A stretch of 64,000 nucleotides of DNA from Chloroflexota bacterium. Lineage in GTDB: Bacteria; Chloroflexota; UBA11872; VXOZ01. Numbering within the stretch: position 1 is the first letter of the stretch; every line of letters starts with the position of its first letter. The position numbers and the translations under genes are program-made. The stretch spans positions 1,856,001 through 1,920,000 of the forward strand of contig OZ219802.1 in assembly GCA_964291655.2 (NCBI GenBank), written 5' to 3'. Shown here one piece after another: positions 9,935 through 20,153 of this stretch. Below the pieces are notes generated by a model, which saw nothing but the letters and a program-made list of their open reading frames with translations, was not told the DNA's origin and searched no databases.

Positions 9935-10213
9935 AGGGACGGCCGACGTGAAGCGATAACGCTTGTTCCTTGAATGAGAGGCACTGTTGAAGCAGAGAAG
10001 ATGGATTCCGGCTTGCGCCGGAATGACGGAACTGGCGGCTCCTCGGGGAGTAGCGCGGGGGCTTGTCCCCCGCAGTGGGTCGGGGGTGTGTAGAACGAAG
10101 AAAAGATGGATTCCGGCTTTCGCCGGAATGACGGGCAAGAGCGACTTTCGTAAGTAGACAGAATTCGTACGTGAATCGAATTTGTACATGAATCGAAATA
10201 GAAAGCGAGCACG

Positions 10214-11452
10214 ATGGCAGTACCAGCAACACAGTGGTGGCAGCGCGTGGGCGAACGCCTCTTTGGCGACGTGATCCAGGCACGAGTGCAGGAAGCGGTG
10301 GCGGCGGAAGACATCGGCTACCGGCAGGCAGCCGGCGGCGCCGAGTCTCGAGACGATCCGCTCTGGGATCACCAAAGGCTGCTGCGTGAAGTTTACGAAG
10401 CCTATATCACGAACCCCTTGGCGTATACCGTCATCGACGTGCAGGCAAACTTCGTGCTGGGCGGCGGCGTGCGCATCGCCTGCACGAGCGCGGCGGTGCA
10501 GGAGGTCGTGGACGCTTTTTGGCAGCACCCCGACAACAGTATGGACACGCGCATCTACAGTCTCTACACCGAGCTGGCGCTTTACGGCGAGCAGTTCGTG
10601 CGGGTGTTCACGGACCCGCTCTCAGGCGAGATGCGCCTGCGCCAGCTTGACCCGCTCCTCATCGATCAGATCGAGACCGCGCCGGAAGACATCGAGCAGG
10701 TGGTGCGCTACCGCGTGCGGGGCGTGGGCCAGGACCCAGGCTACTGGGTGGCGGCGGGTGAGATGGAGCACTTCACCATCAACCGCGTGTCGAATGCCCT
10801 ACGGGGACGCAGCGACCTGGCGCCGCTCTTGCCGTGGCTCAAGCGCTACCGCGACTGGCTCGTCGACCGCGCCCGCATCAACCGCCTGAAAGGCAGCTTC
10901 ATCTACGACGTAACCGTGCGGGGCGCGACGCGAAACGACCTGCTCGCTAAGATGGCCGCCTACGCCCAGCCGCCCGCGCCCGGTTCGGTGGTCTTTCACA
11001 ACGAAGCGGAGACGTGGCAGCCGGTGCAGCCATCCATTGGCGCGGACGACGTGGCCGCGGACGGGCGCGCGCTGAAGCTCATGATCGCGGCCGGCGCGGG
11101 CTTGCCTGAGCACTATCTCGCTGAAGGCGGGCACGTGAACCGGGCAACCGCGGCGGAGATGGGTCTGCCGACCCTGCGGCGCTTCCAACGCCGCCAGGAG
11201 CTGTTCGGCCGCTACCTGCGTCGTCTTGTTACGCGAGCAATTCAGTCGAAGCAGGACGCCGGCGCATTGGGGACAGACGTCGATACGGCATTCCGTGTGG
11301 TTTTCCAGGAAGTCCAGCCGGACGTTGCCCACGTGGCGGGGCCGCACGCGGAATCTTTTGCGCGCTCGCTCCAGCTTGCCCAAGCCGAGGGCTGGCTGGA
11401 AACGGATGACGCCGCGCGTCTCTTCCGCCGTTTTCTCGCTGCGGGGGAGTAA
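10214..11452 (+). CDS. Phage portal protein
   Basis: 412 aa after TerL; NPLAYTVID..FVLG, ELALYGEQF, RGRSDLAP, AGLPEHYL, NRATA are typical of portal families. Confidence 0.8.
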   Translation: MAVPATQWWQRVGERLFGDVIQARVQEAVAAEDIGYRQAAGGAESRDDPLWDHQRLLREVYEAYITNPLAYTVIDVQANFVLGGGVRIACTSAAVQEVVDAFWQHPDNSMDTRIYSLYTELALYGEQFVRVFTDPLSGEMRLRQLDPLLIDQIETAPEDIEQVVRYRVRGVGQDPGYWVAAGEMEHFTINRVSNALRGRSDLAPLLPWLKRYRDWLVDRARINRLKGSFIYDVTVRGATRNDLLAKMAAYAQPPAPGSVVFHNEAETWQPVQPSIGADDVAADGRALKLMIAAGAGLPEHYLAEGGHVNRATAAEMGLPTLRRFQRRQELFGRYLRRLVTRAIQSKQDAGALGTDVDTAFRVVFQEVQPDVAHVAGPHAESFARSLQLAQAEGWLETDDAARLFRRFLAAGE

Positions 11453-11846
11453 AAGGATGCGGGAGCGGCCTACCGAACTTAAGTTTGGCAGCTTACTGCT
11501 CGATTTAAGGGAATCTTATCCGTCACTCCCGCGAAAGCGGGAGTCCATCGGGTCTGCACGGATGGATTGCCGCTCCGTTTCGAATGCGTGGCAACGTTCC
11601 CGGGCAATTGATGTGCCAGGCAGCCGCGGACGCAGGTTGCAAACCTGCGCTACCGGTCCGTCACTCCGGCGAATGCCGGAGTCCAGGGAGGCTGGGTGGA
11701 TGGATTCCTACATTTGCGAAAATGGCGAATCGCAAGAAGATCCCATAGCGTCACAGTCGTGCAAAGTGGACAGGACCGTACCGCAGAGAATCCCCCTCAC
11801 CCCGGCCCTTTCCCTCGAGGGAGAAGGTGGTTCCGAGCGGATTCAG

Positions 11847-12437
11847 TCACTCCGGTTCGTAGTCCAGCATCTCGCTAAGCTGCTCTTTGGTCATGCCCGC
11901 GGCGCGGAGCAGGACCAGGACGACTTCAGGCTTGAGGGCTTCGGACTGGGAGAGCGGCGCGCCGGTTGCTTCGCCGACACGCGGGTGGATTATTGCCACA
12001 TCGGCAACGCCCACCACCGGGACGTTCTCGCCCTCGACAAGATCGGCGGCGATCCAGGCCGGGAGCAGCCTGCCAAGCTGTGCCAGCGCTTTCTCCACCG
12101 TCTTGCCGTGGGCCACACGGTCGTGAAGGGGAATTGCTACGACACTGACCCGCTGCTCGCCCTGCCAGGAAACGGCCGGCAGGCGGTACGTGGCATCGCC
12201 GATGCCAACGGTCACGGTGTGCAATTCAAGGGTATCGGCGGGCGGGTCTTCCTGCGAGAGGAACATCTCCGCAGCCAACGTGAGATCGGCCACGACGGCA
12301 TCAACCGTATCGCCTTGCACCACGCAGCCCGGGAGCGTGGGCAGTTCCGCCCAATAGCCGCCCGCCTGGGAAGGCGCGACAACGACGGTGAGCGACGCAG
12401 TAGGTGAAGGAGGTCTGTGAAGGTTCATGCTGACCAT
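11847..12437 (-). CDS. HicB-family protein with tandem HicB domains and a HicA-like C-terminal helix
   Basis: GGYWAELPTLPGCVVQGDTVDAV (HicB); second repeat VAHGKTVEKALAQL; tail LKPEVVLVLLRAAGMTKEQL. Confidence 0.65.
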   Translation of the reverse strand: MVSMNLHRPPSPTASLTVVVAPSQAGGYWAELPTLPGCVVQGDTVDAVVADLTLAAEMFLSQEDPPADTLELHTVTVGIGDATYRLPAVSWQGEQRVSVVAIPLHDRVAHGKTVEKALAQLGRLLPAWIAADLVEGENVPVVGVADVAIIHPRVGEATGAPLSQSEALKPEVVLVLLRAAGMTKEQLSEMLDYEPE

Positions 12438-12564
12438 TGTACCAATTGGCAGGATCACGGCCACGGACGAGAGCAGAGTTGTGATCTCTTCCCTCATTGA
12501 CAATCGCGTGCAAACGGGAATCCGTCTTCGTCGCCCGCCACGGCCAGGAAGAGGAACAACGCCA

Positions 12565-13420
12565 AGTTCGGAGCGGGGGACAGGCCCCCGCACTAGGGGG
12601 AATGGGTTTCCGCCAGGTCGGCGGATGCAGGTTGCAATCCTGCGCTACCGATCGTGTCGGTGCGTCATTCCCGCGAAAGGCTTGCCCGATACGAGATACG
12701 GGAGTGGAAATTTCTTCCGTTGTTCCCGCGAAAGCACGCCACCGAGCGGGGTCGTGGAAGTCATCCTCGTTGCTTCCCAGCTACTCTCCCGGAGTGGGGG
12801 ACAATCCCCCACGCTACGGGGAATGGTGCACCGCCAGGTCGGCGGACGCAGGTTACAAACCTGCGCTACCGATCGTGCCGGTCCGTCGTTCCCGCGAAAG
12901 GCTTGCCCGATACGAGATACGGGTGGGGGATTTGCTTCCGTTATTCCCGCGAAAGCACGCCGCCGAGCGGGGTCGTGGAATTCATCTTCGTTGCTTCCCG
13001 GCTACTCTCCCGGAGCAGGGGACAATCCCCCACGCTACGGGGAATGGGGCACCGCCAGGTCGGCGGACGCAGGTTACAAACCTGCGCTACCGATCGTGCC
13101 GGTCCGTCATTCCCGCGAATGCACGCCACCGAGCGGGGTCGTGGAATTCATCTTCGTTGCTTCCCGGCTACTCTCCCGGAGCGGGGGACAAGCCCCCATG
13201 CTACGGGGAATGGGGCACCGCCAGGTCGGCGGACGCAGGTTACAAACCTGCGCTACCGATCATGCCGGTCCGTCATTCTCGCGAAAGGCTTGCCCGATAC
13301 GAGATACGGGAGTGGAAATTTCTTCCGTTATTCCCGCGAAAGCTCGCCCCCTGCGGGGGCGCGGAATCCATCTTGCCGTGTGCAGCGGCTCGGAGCGGGG
13401 GACAAGCCCCCGCGCTACGA
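12565..13420. repeat. Composite REP/BIME tandem array (~170-220 bp units x ~4)
   Basis: Recurring CGCCAGGTCGGCGGACGCAGGTTACAAACCTGCGCTACCGATC, TTCCCGCGAAAG and GGGGACAA..CCCC blocks. Confidence 0.85.
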
Positions 13421-13493
13421 GGATTTGCAGCCGCCACTTAGAGGGACTGGCATCCGGCACAGGCCGGCAGGCAAAAGGCCCCCCTCTCCCTGG

Positions 13494-15137
13494 GAGGGTG
13501 TCTCAAAAATAGATCTACTGGATATATACTGGTGTGAAGAGAAGCAAGGTGAGGTGGTGGGATAGTTTGTAGAGAGGTAGTGACGATGCCGTTGAGACCG
13601 TTTAGTCGTGAACAGGCCTGGCTGTTGCCGCCGACGCTGGACGAACTGATCCCGGACGACCATCCTGTCAGGTTTGCGGCAGCGTTCGTGGACAGCCTCG
13701 ATGCTGCGGCCTGGGAGGCGATGGAGATTGACCTGCAAGGCGATCCGCGTGGCGCCGGGGCCTACCATCCGCGCGCGCTGCTGGGCGTATGGGTCTACGG
13801 CTTCATGACCGGCGTGCGCTCGAGCCGCAAGCTGGAGGCAGCCTGCCGGGATCAGGTACCGTACCTGTGGCTGGTGGGGATGCAGCAGCCGGACCACAAC
13901 ACGCTGTGGCGCTTCTACAAGGCGCACCGCGACCGGATGCGGACGCTGCTCAAGCGCACGGTGCGCACGGCGGTGCGAGCCGGCCTGGTGGAGTTGGCAA
14001 TCCAGGCGGTGGACGGCACCAGGATCGCGGCCAACGCCGGGACGCGGCATACCCACGACGCGCAGGGGCTGCAGCGGCTGTTGTCCCGCACCGAGCAAGC
14101 GATCGCGGACCTGGAGGCGCAGAACGCCACGGGGGGCGACGCGCCGCCAGCGACTTTGCCGCAGGAACTTGCCGATGCCCAGGCCCTGCGGCGGCGGGTG
14201 GACGACGCGCTCGCCCGCGTCGCGGCTGAGGACGGGCCGCGCTACACGAACCTGACTGATGCGGACGCGGCCCTGCTCAAGACTGGCATGGGTGGCTTCA
14301 TCACCGGCTACAACGCCCAGGCGCTGGTCTCCCCTCTTGCGTCCCCGGACGAGGGCGCAGGGGGGAGGTTGATCACAGCCGTGGACGTGAGCGCCAGTGC
14401 CGACGACCATCCCCACCTGGCGCCGCTGATCGAGGCGGCGCAGGAGAACATCGACGCCGCGCGGGACGTGGTGACCGTTGCGGACGCCGGCTACCATTCG
14501 GGGGCCAACCTCGCCACGTGCCACGCCGGCGGCCACACGGTATTGATGCCCACGACCCACGAGCGCAGACGCCGCAACCCCTACCATAAAGACCACTTCA
14601 CCTACCGTCCAGAGACCGACACCTACCTGTGTCCCCAGCAAAAGGTGCTCACCTACACGCACCGCTTGACCCACAGCAACGGCTACCGGGTCAAGCGGTA
14701 CCAAGCCAACGGCCGGGACTGCAGAACCTGTCCGGCCTTCGGCGTCTGCACCTCCTCCCAGAGGGGCCGCTCCATAAAGATCAGCGCCTACGAGCCAATA
14801 CTGCAACGGCACAGGCAGTTGATGGCCACCGCGCCTGCCAAGCAGGTGTACCGCCGCCGGAGTACCATCGTCGAGCCGGTCTTTGGCCTGCTCAAGGAGT
14901 GGCACAGTGCCAGGCGCTTCCTGCTCAGAGGCCGCAGCCACGTGACGTCCGAATGGCACCTGCTGGCCACCGCGTTCAATCTCAAGAGCCTCCACGCCCT
15001 GTGGCGGTCTGGGTGTAGTCCAGCGTCGCCCCGGGGACGAGTCTCTCACTGGCACCGTCTTGTTCATACCACCCGCCATCTGTCTGTCCTTCTCACCCCA
15101 TTCACCGTGCCCCGCACCAAAATATTGAGACAGCCTC
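13494..15137 (+). mobile_element. IS1182-family insertion sequence, copy 3 (1644 bp)
   Basis: Near-identical to copies 1 and 2; in the hairpin loop; flanks CTGG / CGGG. Confidence 0.93.
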
Positions 15138-15187
15138 CGGGGGAGAGGGTCGGGGTGAGGGGAAGCGACCCAGACAAAGCCGAATGA
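13580..15187 (+). CDS. IS1182-family transposase
   Basis: Identical core to the other two copies. Confidence 0.93.
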   Translation: MTMPLRPFSREQAWLLPPTLDELIPDDHPVRFAAAFVDSLDAAAWEAMEIDLQGDPRGAGAYHPRALLGVWVYGFMTGVRSSRKLEAACRDQVPYLWLVGMQQPDHNTLWRFYKAHRDRMRTLLKRTVRTAVRAGLVELAIQAVDGTRIAANAGTRHTHDAQGLQRLLSRTEQAIADLEAQNATGGDAPPATLPQELADAQALRRRVDDALARVAAEDGPRYTNLTDADAALLKTGMGGFITGYNAQALVSPLASPDEGAGGRLITAVDVSASADDHPHLAPLIEAAQENIDAARDVVTVADAGYHSGANLATCHAGGHTVLMPTTHERRRRNPYHKDHFTYRPETDTYLCPQQKVLTYTHRLTHSNGYRVKRYQANGRDCRTCPAFGVCTSSQRGRSIKISAYEPILQRHRQLMATAPAKQVYRRRSTIVEPVFGLLKEWHSARRFLLRGRSHVTSEWHLLATAFNLKSLHALWRSGCSPASPRGRVSHWHRLVHTTRHLSVLLTPFTVPRTKILRQPPGERVGVRGSDPDKAE

Positions 15188-15239
15188 CACCAGGTACGCA
15201 GGTCTAAGAAATAGCTCTCATTGAAAGGAGCAAGATGCA

Positions 15240-17234
15240 TTGAATCAAGAGAACCTCACGCTGCTCGTGCCGTTGCAGGAAGCGCAGCTCGATGCGCCGC
15301 GGCGGGACATAGCCGTGACCGTCCTAAAGGAGGGGCTATCGCGAAACGGCCGCTATTTCACGCCTCAAGCGCTGCAGGATGTGGCAGCGCAACTCGACGG
15401 CCTAAAGGCCTTCGCCGACCACCCCGCGCCTACATCCGATAGCATCGGCAAGCCACGGAGCATACGCGACGTGGTGGGATTCTATCGCGAGCCCCGGCTG
15501 GAGGGCGACCGCGTACGGGCCACCCTCCACATATTCGCCAGTGCCGATTGGCTCTGGAGTCTGGTGCAAGAAGCCGTGGAACTGGGTCGCCCCGACGTTT
15601 TGGGACTCTCAATCGACTCGCTGGCGGCGGTGCGCACCCAGCAGCAGAACGGCAAGCGCAGGCAGGTCGTGGAGAATATCCCGGCGCTGCGCTCTTGTGA
15701 CGTGGTCACCCGGGCAGCGGCCGGCGGCGCGTTCGAGCGCATTTTGGCAGAGCAGGAGATTTTCGACACAAGCAAGGGAGAGAAAATGCAGGAAGACGAA
15801 CGGAACAGTTCAGCAACTGACACCCCCATCTCCGGGACAAGCCCGGCGCATTCACCCCATATAGAGGAGGTTTCTATGGGAGACACAACCGCAACAACCA
15901 TCGATTCGCGTCTCGCCGAGGCCGAGGCCAAGCTCGCGTGCATGACCGCGCTGCACGAGCGCCTTGATAGCGCGGCCCTGCCCGCCACGATCAAGGGCAA
16001 GCTACGCCGCCGCTTCGAGGGTCAAACCTTTACCACCGAGGTGCTGGAGCAAGCCATTCAGGACGAGGTCGACACCGTGCGCGCACTGACGGGTTCGGCA
16101 CACGTTGTGCACGGCGTGGGCACGGAGAAAGCGCGCCTCAGCGTGGGCGGCACCGGCGCGGGCCGGGGACTTGCCGCCGCCGAGGCGGGCTTGGCCCGGC
16201 TCCTGGGAGTAAGGGACATCAGTTCCGACGAGCCGGTACCCGCGTGGTCCAGCATCCGGGAGGCGTACGTGCAGATTACGGGCGACGCCGAGGTGCGGGG
16301 CGCCATGAACCCGGAGCTCTCGCTGGTGCGCGAGGCCAACGAGGTCACTACAAGCGTGCTCAACCACGCCCTCGCCAACGCCATTACGAAGCGTCTCGTC
16401 CAGGACTACGGTGCGCAGCCGCAGGACTGGCGGAAGTTCTGCGTGATCCGCAATATCCGCGATTACAAGCCCCAGTACCGGGTGCTCTTGCACGACTTTG
16501 GCGCGCTCGACTCCGTCGATGAGAATGCTGCCTACACGAACCTTGCCTGGGACGACACGCGGGAGACGTATACGCCCGCCAAGCGCGGCAATCTGGTGGT
16601 GGTCACCCGCGAGGCGATCCTGAACGACGACCTGGAAGCCGTCCGGCGCATCCCCACCAAGCTGGCGATTGCGGCCGCCACCACCATCAATGAGTTTGTG
16701 TACGGCCTCCTTACCGACAATCCGCAGCTTGCCGACAACACGACGGTTTTCGATAAAGAGAGCCAGACCTCCCACAAGAACCGCGGCACCGCCGCGCTGG
16801 CGGCCTCGGCGCTGCAAGCCGCCATCACGCAGATGATGAAGCAAACCAACAGCGCGGGCAAGCGGCTGGGCCTCAAGCCGCGGTACCTCCTGCTGCCGCC
16901 GGACCTCTACTGGACGGCAGTAACCATCCTCAACAGCACGCTGCTGCCCGGCACGCAGAACAATGACGCCAATCCGCTGCAGGGCATGCTGGAGCCCATC
17001 GTGGTGCCGCAGTTCAGCGATGCCAAGGACTACTATCTGATGGCCGATCCGGCCCAGATCGAGTGCCTGGAGGTGGGCTTCATCAACGGCCAGGAGACGC
17101 CGGAGTTGCTGGTGCAGGATAACCCGACGGCGGGATCGGTCTTCACCAACGACGCCATCAGCTACAAGGTGCGCTGGGAGTTCGGCGGCGGCTGGCTGGA
17201 CTACCGGGGCGCGTATTGGGCGGAGGTGGCGTAG
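15240..17234 (+). CDS. Prohead protease - scaffold - major capsid protein fusion (HK97-fold / Mu gpT-like)
   Basis: N-terminal SRNGRYF, FADHP, RSIRDVVG, LGLSID, CDVVTRAAAGG (prohead protease-like); C-terminal KRGNLVVVTREAILNDDL, KPRYLLLPPDL, LEVGFING..PEL, YKVRWEFG..DYRG; RBS GAAAGGAG. Confidence 0.85.
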   Translation: MNQENLTLLVPLQEAQLDAPRRDIAVTVLKEGLSRNGRYFTPQALQDVAAQLDGLKAFADHPAPTSDSIGKPRSIRDVVGFYREPRLEGDRVRATLHIFASADWLWSLVQEAVELGRPDVLGLSIDSLAAVRTQQQNGKRRQVVENIPALRSCDVVTRAAAGGAFERILAEQEIFDTSKGEKMQEDERNSSATDTPISGTSPAHSPHIEEVSMGDTTATTIDSRLAEAEAKLACMTALHERLDSAALPATIKGKLRRRFEGQTFTTEVLEQAIQDEVDTVRALTGSAHVVHGVGTEKARLSVGGTGAGRGLAAAEAGLARLLGVRDISSDEPVPAWSSIREAYVQITGDAEVRGAMNPELSLVREANEVTTSVLNHALANAITKRLVQDYGAQPQDWRKFCVIRNIRDYKPQYRVLLHDFGALDSVDENAAYTNLAWDDTRETYTPAKRGNLVVVTREAILNDDLEAVRRIPTKLAIAAATTINEFVYGLLTDNPQLADNTTVFDKESQTSHKNRGTAALAASALQAAITQMMKQTNSAGKRLGLKPRYLLLPPDLYWTAVTILNSTLLPGTQNNDANPLQGMLEPIVVPQFSDAKDYYLMADPAQIECLEVGFINGQETPELLVQDNPTAGSVFTNDAISYKVRWEFGGGWLDYRGAYWAEVA

Positions 17235-17480
17235 GGTGTTTGCGCGCCAGGAGGCGATTTGAGGGCTGGATCGACGCCAGTTTCCCCTCACACCGGCCCT
17301 CTTCCCAGGGAAAGAGAGTCTTTTGCGCCCGTCGGCCTGGGTTGTGCGGAGGCCTCCCTAGGGAGAGGGAGGCCTCTTTCGGCTGGCGTTCCAGGACGAG
17401 TTGAGGTCTCCCCAGGGAGAGGGAGCAGAAAGCGAAACCGAGTGAATGTGAAGCCGCTCCGGTTCCCTCTCCTGGGGGAG

Positions 17481-18745
17481 TGTACAGACCGGGGACATAG
17501 GTAACAGATGTTCGGGTAGATAGGTTACACATTTTGTGCTCTGAGGTCTATGGTTTTTACTCTTTGGATCGAGAAGTACACGTCCCAGACACCGTCCGTT
17601 CGGGTGGGTCGCAGGGCGACTTGCTTGTGCGTGAAGGCCCTGCCCACACGGAGCCGTCTGCCTTGGAAGGAGATGCGGCCGGAGACATCGACGCTGCGTA
17701 CGCGGTCGTCGGGAGCGTAGGCGAGGGCAGGCAAGGTCTCTGGGAAAGGGCGAGGACTAGGCGTGTATCTGGTAATGGGAGTGTCGAGATCGAGGGCATG
17801 GTGTGGGCGTTCCAAGTTGTAGAAGTGGCGCCAGGTGTCAAAGGCGCGCTGGCAATGGTCCAGGTCGGTAAAGGTGGTCCCTGCCAGCAGTTCGCTCTTG
17901 AGGGAGCGGTGGAAGCGTTCCAGCTTGCCGAGTGTCTGGGGATGGTAGGGTCGGCTGTGCAGGACGTTGATGCCCAGCTGCATGAGCCAGACGGTGAGGG
18001 GCGTGAAGGGCTGGGCACTGTCGTTACCCCAGGGAGAGCCGTTGTCCATGAGCATGGCCTGGGGCAAGCCGTAGCGGCGAAAGACAGCGGTGAGGCGGTC
18101 TTGGACCGTCTCTCCCCGCTCGTTGGCACAGGCCTGTAACCCGAGGTTGAAGCGGGAGTGATCGTCTAGGAGGGTGAGAGGATGACAGCGGTTCTGCTGC
18201 ATGACGAAATGTCCCTTGAAGTCCATCTGCCACAGCTCGTTGGGCTGGGGTCGTTCGAAGCGCACATGGGGCGTGTGCTTGGCGCTCTGGGCTGGATCGA
18301 TGAGCCCATGGCGTTTGAGAATGGCATTGATGGTGCTCTTGGCCGGCACGTCGGTGACCCCCTGGTCCTGCAGCATCCGGCGCAGCACGTGTGCGCCTTT
18401 CTTCGGATGCGCCAGGCGCAAGGCGATGATGCGCTCCTCCAGCGCCGGGCGCGTGCGGTGCGGACACGTGTGCGGCCGCCGCGACCGGTCGTGCAAACCG
18501 TCTTCGCCAGCTTTCGCATACCGCTCCAGCGTCTTGTACGCCGTCTTGCGACTGATCTCCAGACGGCGACACAGCTCGCTGATGTTGGCCCCTTCCATCA
18601 GTGCCAGTGCAATGAACTCCTTGCGTTCAGACACAACCGTACTCTCCTTCCAAGGCATGGCGCTCCTCCATCTGTAAGAATCTCCATGCCTTAAGGTGTA
18701 ACCTATGTGCCCGAACATGTGTAACCCATGTACCCGGTCTATACA
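17481..18745 (-). mobile_element. IS481-family insertion sequence, copy A (1265 bp)
   Basis: TGT...ACA ends with ~50 bp imperfect IRs; GGGAG duplicated; inserted in the GGAGAGGG arm of the hairpin. Confidence 0.92.
17525..18658 (-). CDS. IS481-family transposase
   Basis: MPWKE start with GGAGGAG RBS; HTH; WQMDFKG, LDDHSR, MDNG, HPQTLGKLERFH, YNLERPH. Confidence 0.93.
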   Translation of the reverse strand: MPWKESTVVSERKEFIALALMEGANISELCRRLEISRKTAYKTLERYAKAGEDGLHDRSRRPHTCPHRTRPALEERIIALRLAHPKKGAHVLRRMLQDQGVTDVPAKSTINAILKRHGLIDPAQSAKHTPHVRFERPQPNELWQMDFKGHFVMQQNRCHPLTLLDDHSRFNLGLQACANERGETVQDRLTAVFRRYGLPQAMLMDNGSPWGNDSAQPFTPLTVWLMQLGINVLHSRPYHPQTLGKLERFHRSLKSELLAGTTFTDLDHCQRAFDTWRHFYNLERPHHALDLDTPITRYTPSPRPFPETLPALAYAPDDRVRSVDVSGRISFQGRRLRVGRAFTHKQVALRPTRTDGVWDVYFSIQRVKTIDLRAQNV

Positions 18746-18971
18746 GGGAGAGGGCTAGGGTGAGGGGAAATCTCCCGCATCCGGCCCCGTTGCACCGGCT
18801 TGGCATGGGCACACATCGGACTGGAAGTCCGCGCCTGCCCTTTTACCCGATACGGGGGTCTCCCGGTAGGGGCACGACATGTCGTGCCTCTACCCCGCGC
18901 CGGTTGCGGTGAAGAGCGTCGAGCTTCGCTATGACGAGCATCACAGTAGTTTTTTCACATGAGGATTGCGT

Positions 18972-19622
18972 ATGACATTGAGCGACTTTCGCAGCTCGTT
19001 GCGTAACGAGTTGTTCGATCCGGCGGACAGCAAGCCGCGATTCAGCGATGCGGACCTGGACCACGCCATTGACCGCGCCCTGACAGAGCTTTCGCGAGTT
19101 GTGCCTTGGACGCGTGACGCGACGCTGACCACCAGTCCGGACTCGCGTTTGGTTGACCTCGGCAGCCTGTCGGATGTGTGGAGCGTGGAAGAGGTGGAGT
19201 GGCCCACGGGCGCCTACCCGCCGGAGCACTGCACCTTCATGGTGCTGCCGACCAGTGCGGGCACGCCGGGCTTCGTCTTTCTCCTCGTGCCGGAAGCGCC
19301 GAGTGCCGTGGACCCGGTGCGCGTGCGCTGGGGCACGAAGCACGTGGCGAGTGACAGCATGTGGTCGCTGCCGGAATCCTACACCGGCTTGCTGACAACC
19401 GGCGCGTACGCCCACGCGTGCCTGGCTTTCGCCACGCCCAAGTCTGAAAACTTCCGCTATCAGGACGGCCAGCAGGGCGCGGGCGTGGATACGAGCATGG
19501 TGAGCGGGTCGTGGTGGGAGAAAGGCACATCCGCCCGTGACAGATTTGAGCAGGAGCTCGACGCGCTGCGCCAGGAGCGGGCGCAGCAGGTCCGGGGCAG
19601 CGTGGCGTGGTCGGTGGATTAA
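18972..19622 (+). CDS. Putative head-tail adaptor (connector)
   Basis: MTLSDFRSSLRNELFD..RFSDADLDHAIDRAL helical start typical of adaptors; follows the capsid gene. Confidence 0.65.
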   Translation: MTLSDFRSSLRNELFDPADSKPRFSDADLDHAIDRALTELSRVVPWTRDATLTTSPDSRLVDLGSLSDVWSVEEVEWPTGAYPPEHCTFMVLPTSAGTPGFVFLLVPEAPSAVDPVRVRWGTKHVASDSMWSLPESYTGLLTTGAYAHACLAFATPKSENFRYQDGQQGAGVDTSMVSGSWWEKGTSARDRFEQELDALRQERAQQVRGSVAWSVD

Positions 19623-19748
19623 GCCGATCTGGCGGGCAGATCACGGTGATTGGTCAACTTGCTCACACCGGCTTGGGGTGGACTCAGCGTACTGCGTTGC
19701 GCGAGGGTCTGTGCTCACATAGCCCTGGTCAGTGCGTTGTCAGGGAAG

Positions 19749-20064
19749 ACCTGGATTCCGGCCTGCGCCGGAATGACGGACCTAGGGCTGTAGCGCGGGG
19801 GCTTGTCCTCCGCCTCGGGCGCTGAGCCTACGCAAAGCAGAAGAACTGGATTCCGGCCTGCGCCGGAATGACGGACCCAATGTCGTAGCGCGGGGGCTTG
19901 TCCCACGCCTCGGGCGCTGAGCTTACGCAAAGCAGAAGAACTGGATTCCGGCCTGCGCCGGCATGACGGACCTAGGGCTGTAGCGCGGGGGCTTGTCCCC
20001 CGCCTCGGGCGCTGAGCTTACGCAAATTAGAAGAACTGGATTCCGGCGGACGCCGGAATGACGG
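19749..20064. repeat. Tandem BIME-like array, 95 bp unit x ~3.3
   Basis: CTGGATTCCGGC at 19751, 19846, 19941, 20036, alternating with GTAGCGCGGGGGCTTGTCC. Confidence 0.9.
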
Positions 20065-20153
20065 ATCGCGCCGCTTGGACGGATTGCGCCGTTCGAACAG
20101 AGATGGCGGCGCGATCTGCAAACTTCGGCACGGAGAACCGACGGAGATTAACT

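Noticed and set aside
12427-13565. Three overlapping ORFs over 300 aa
   Set aside because: Translations of a REP array; repetitive, with no credible protein signal
863-15190. Long ORFs antisense to the IS1182 transposases (637, 621, 591 aa)
   Set aside because: Shadow frames of GC-rich coding DNA; ends vary with the flanks; no motifs
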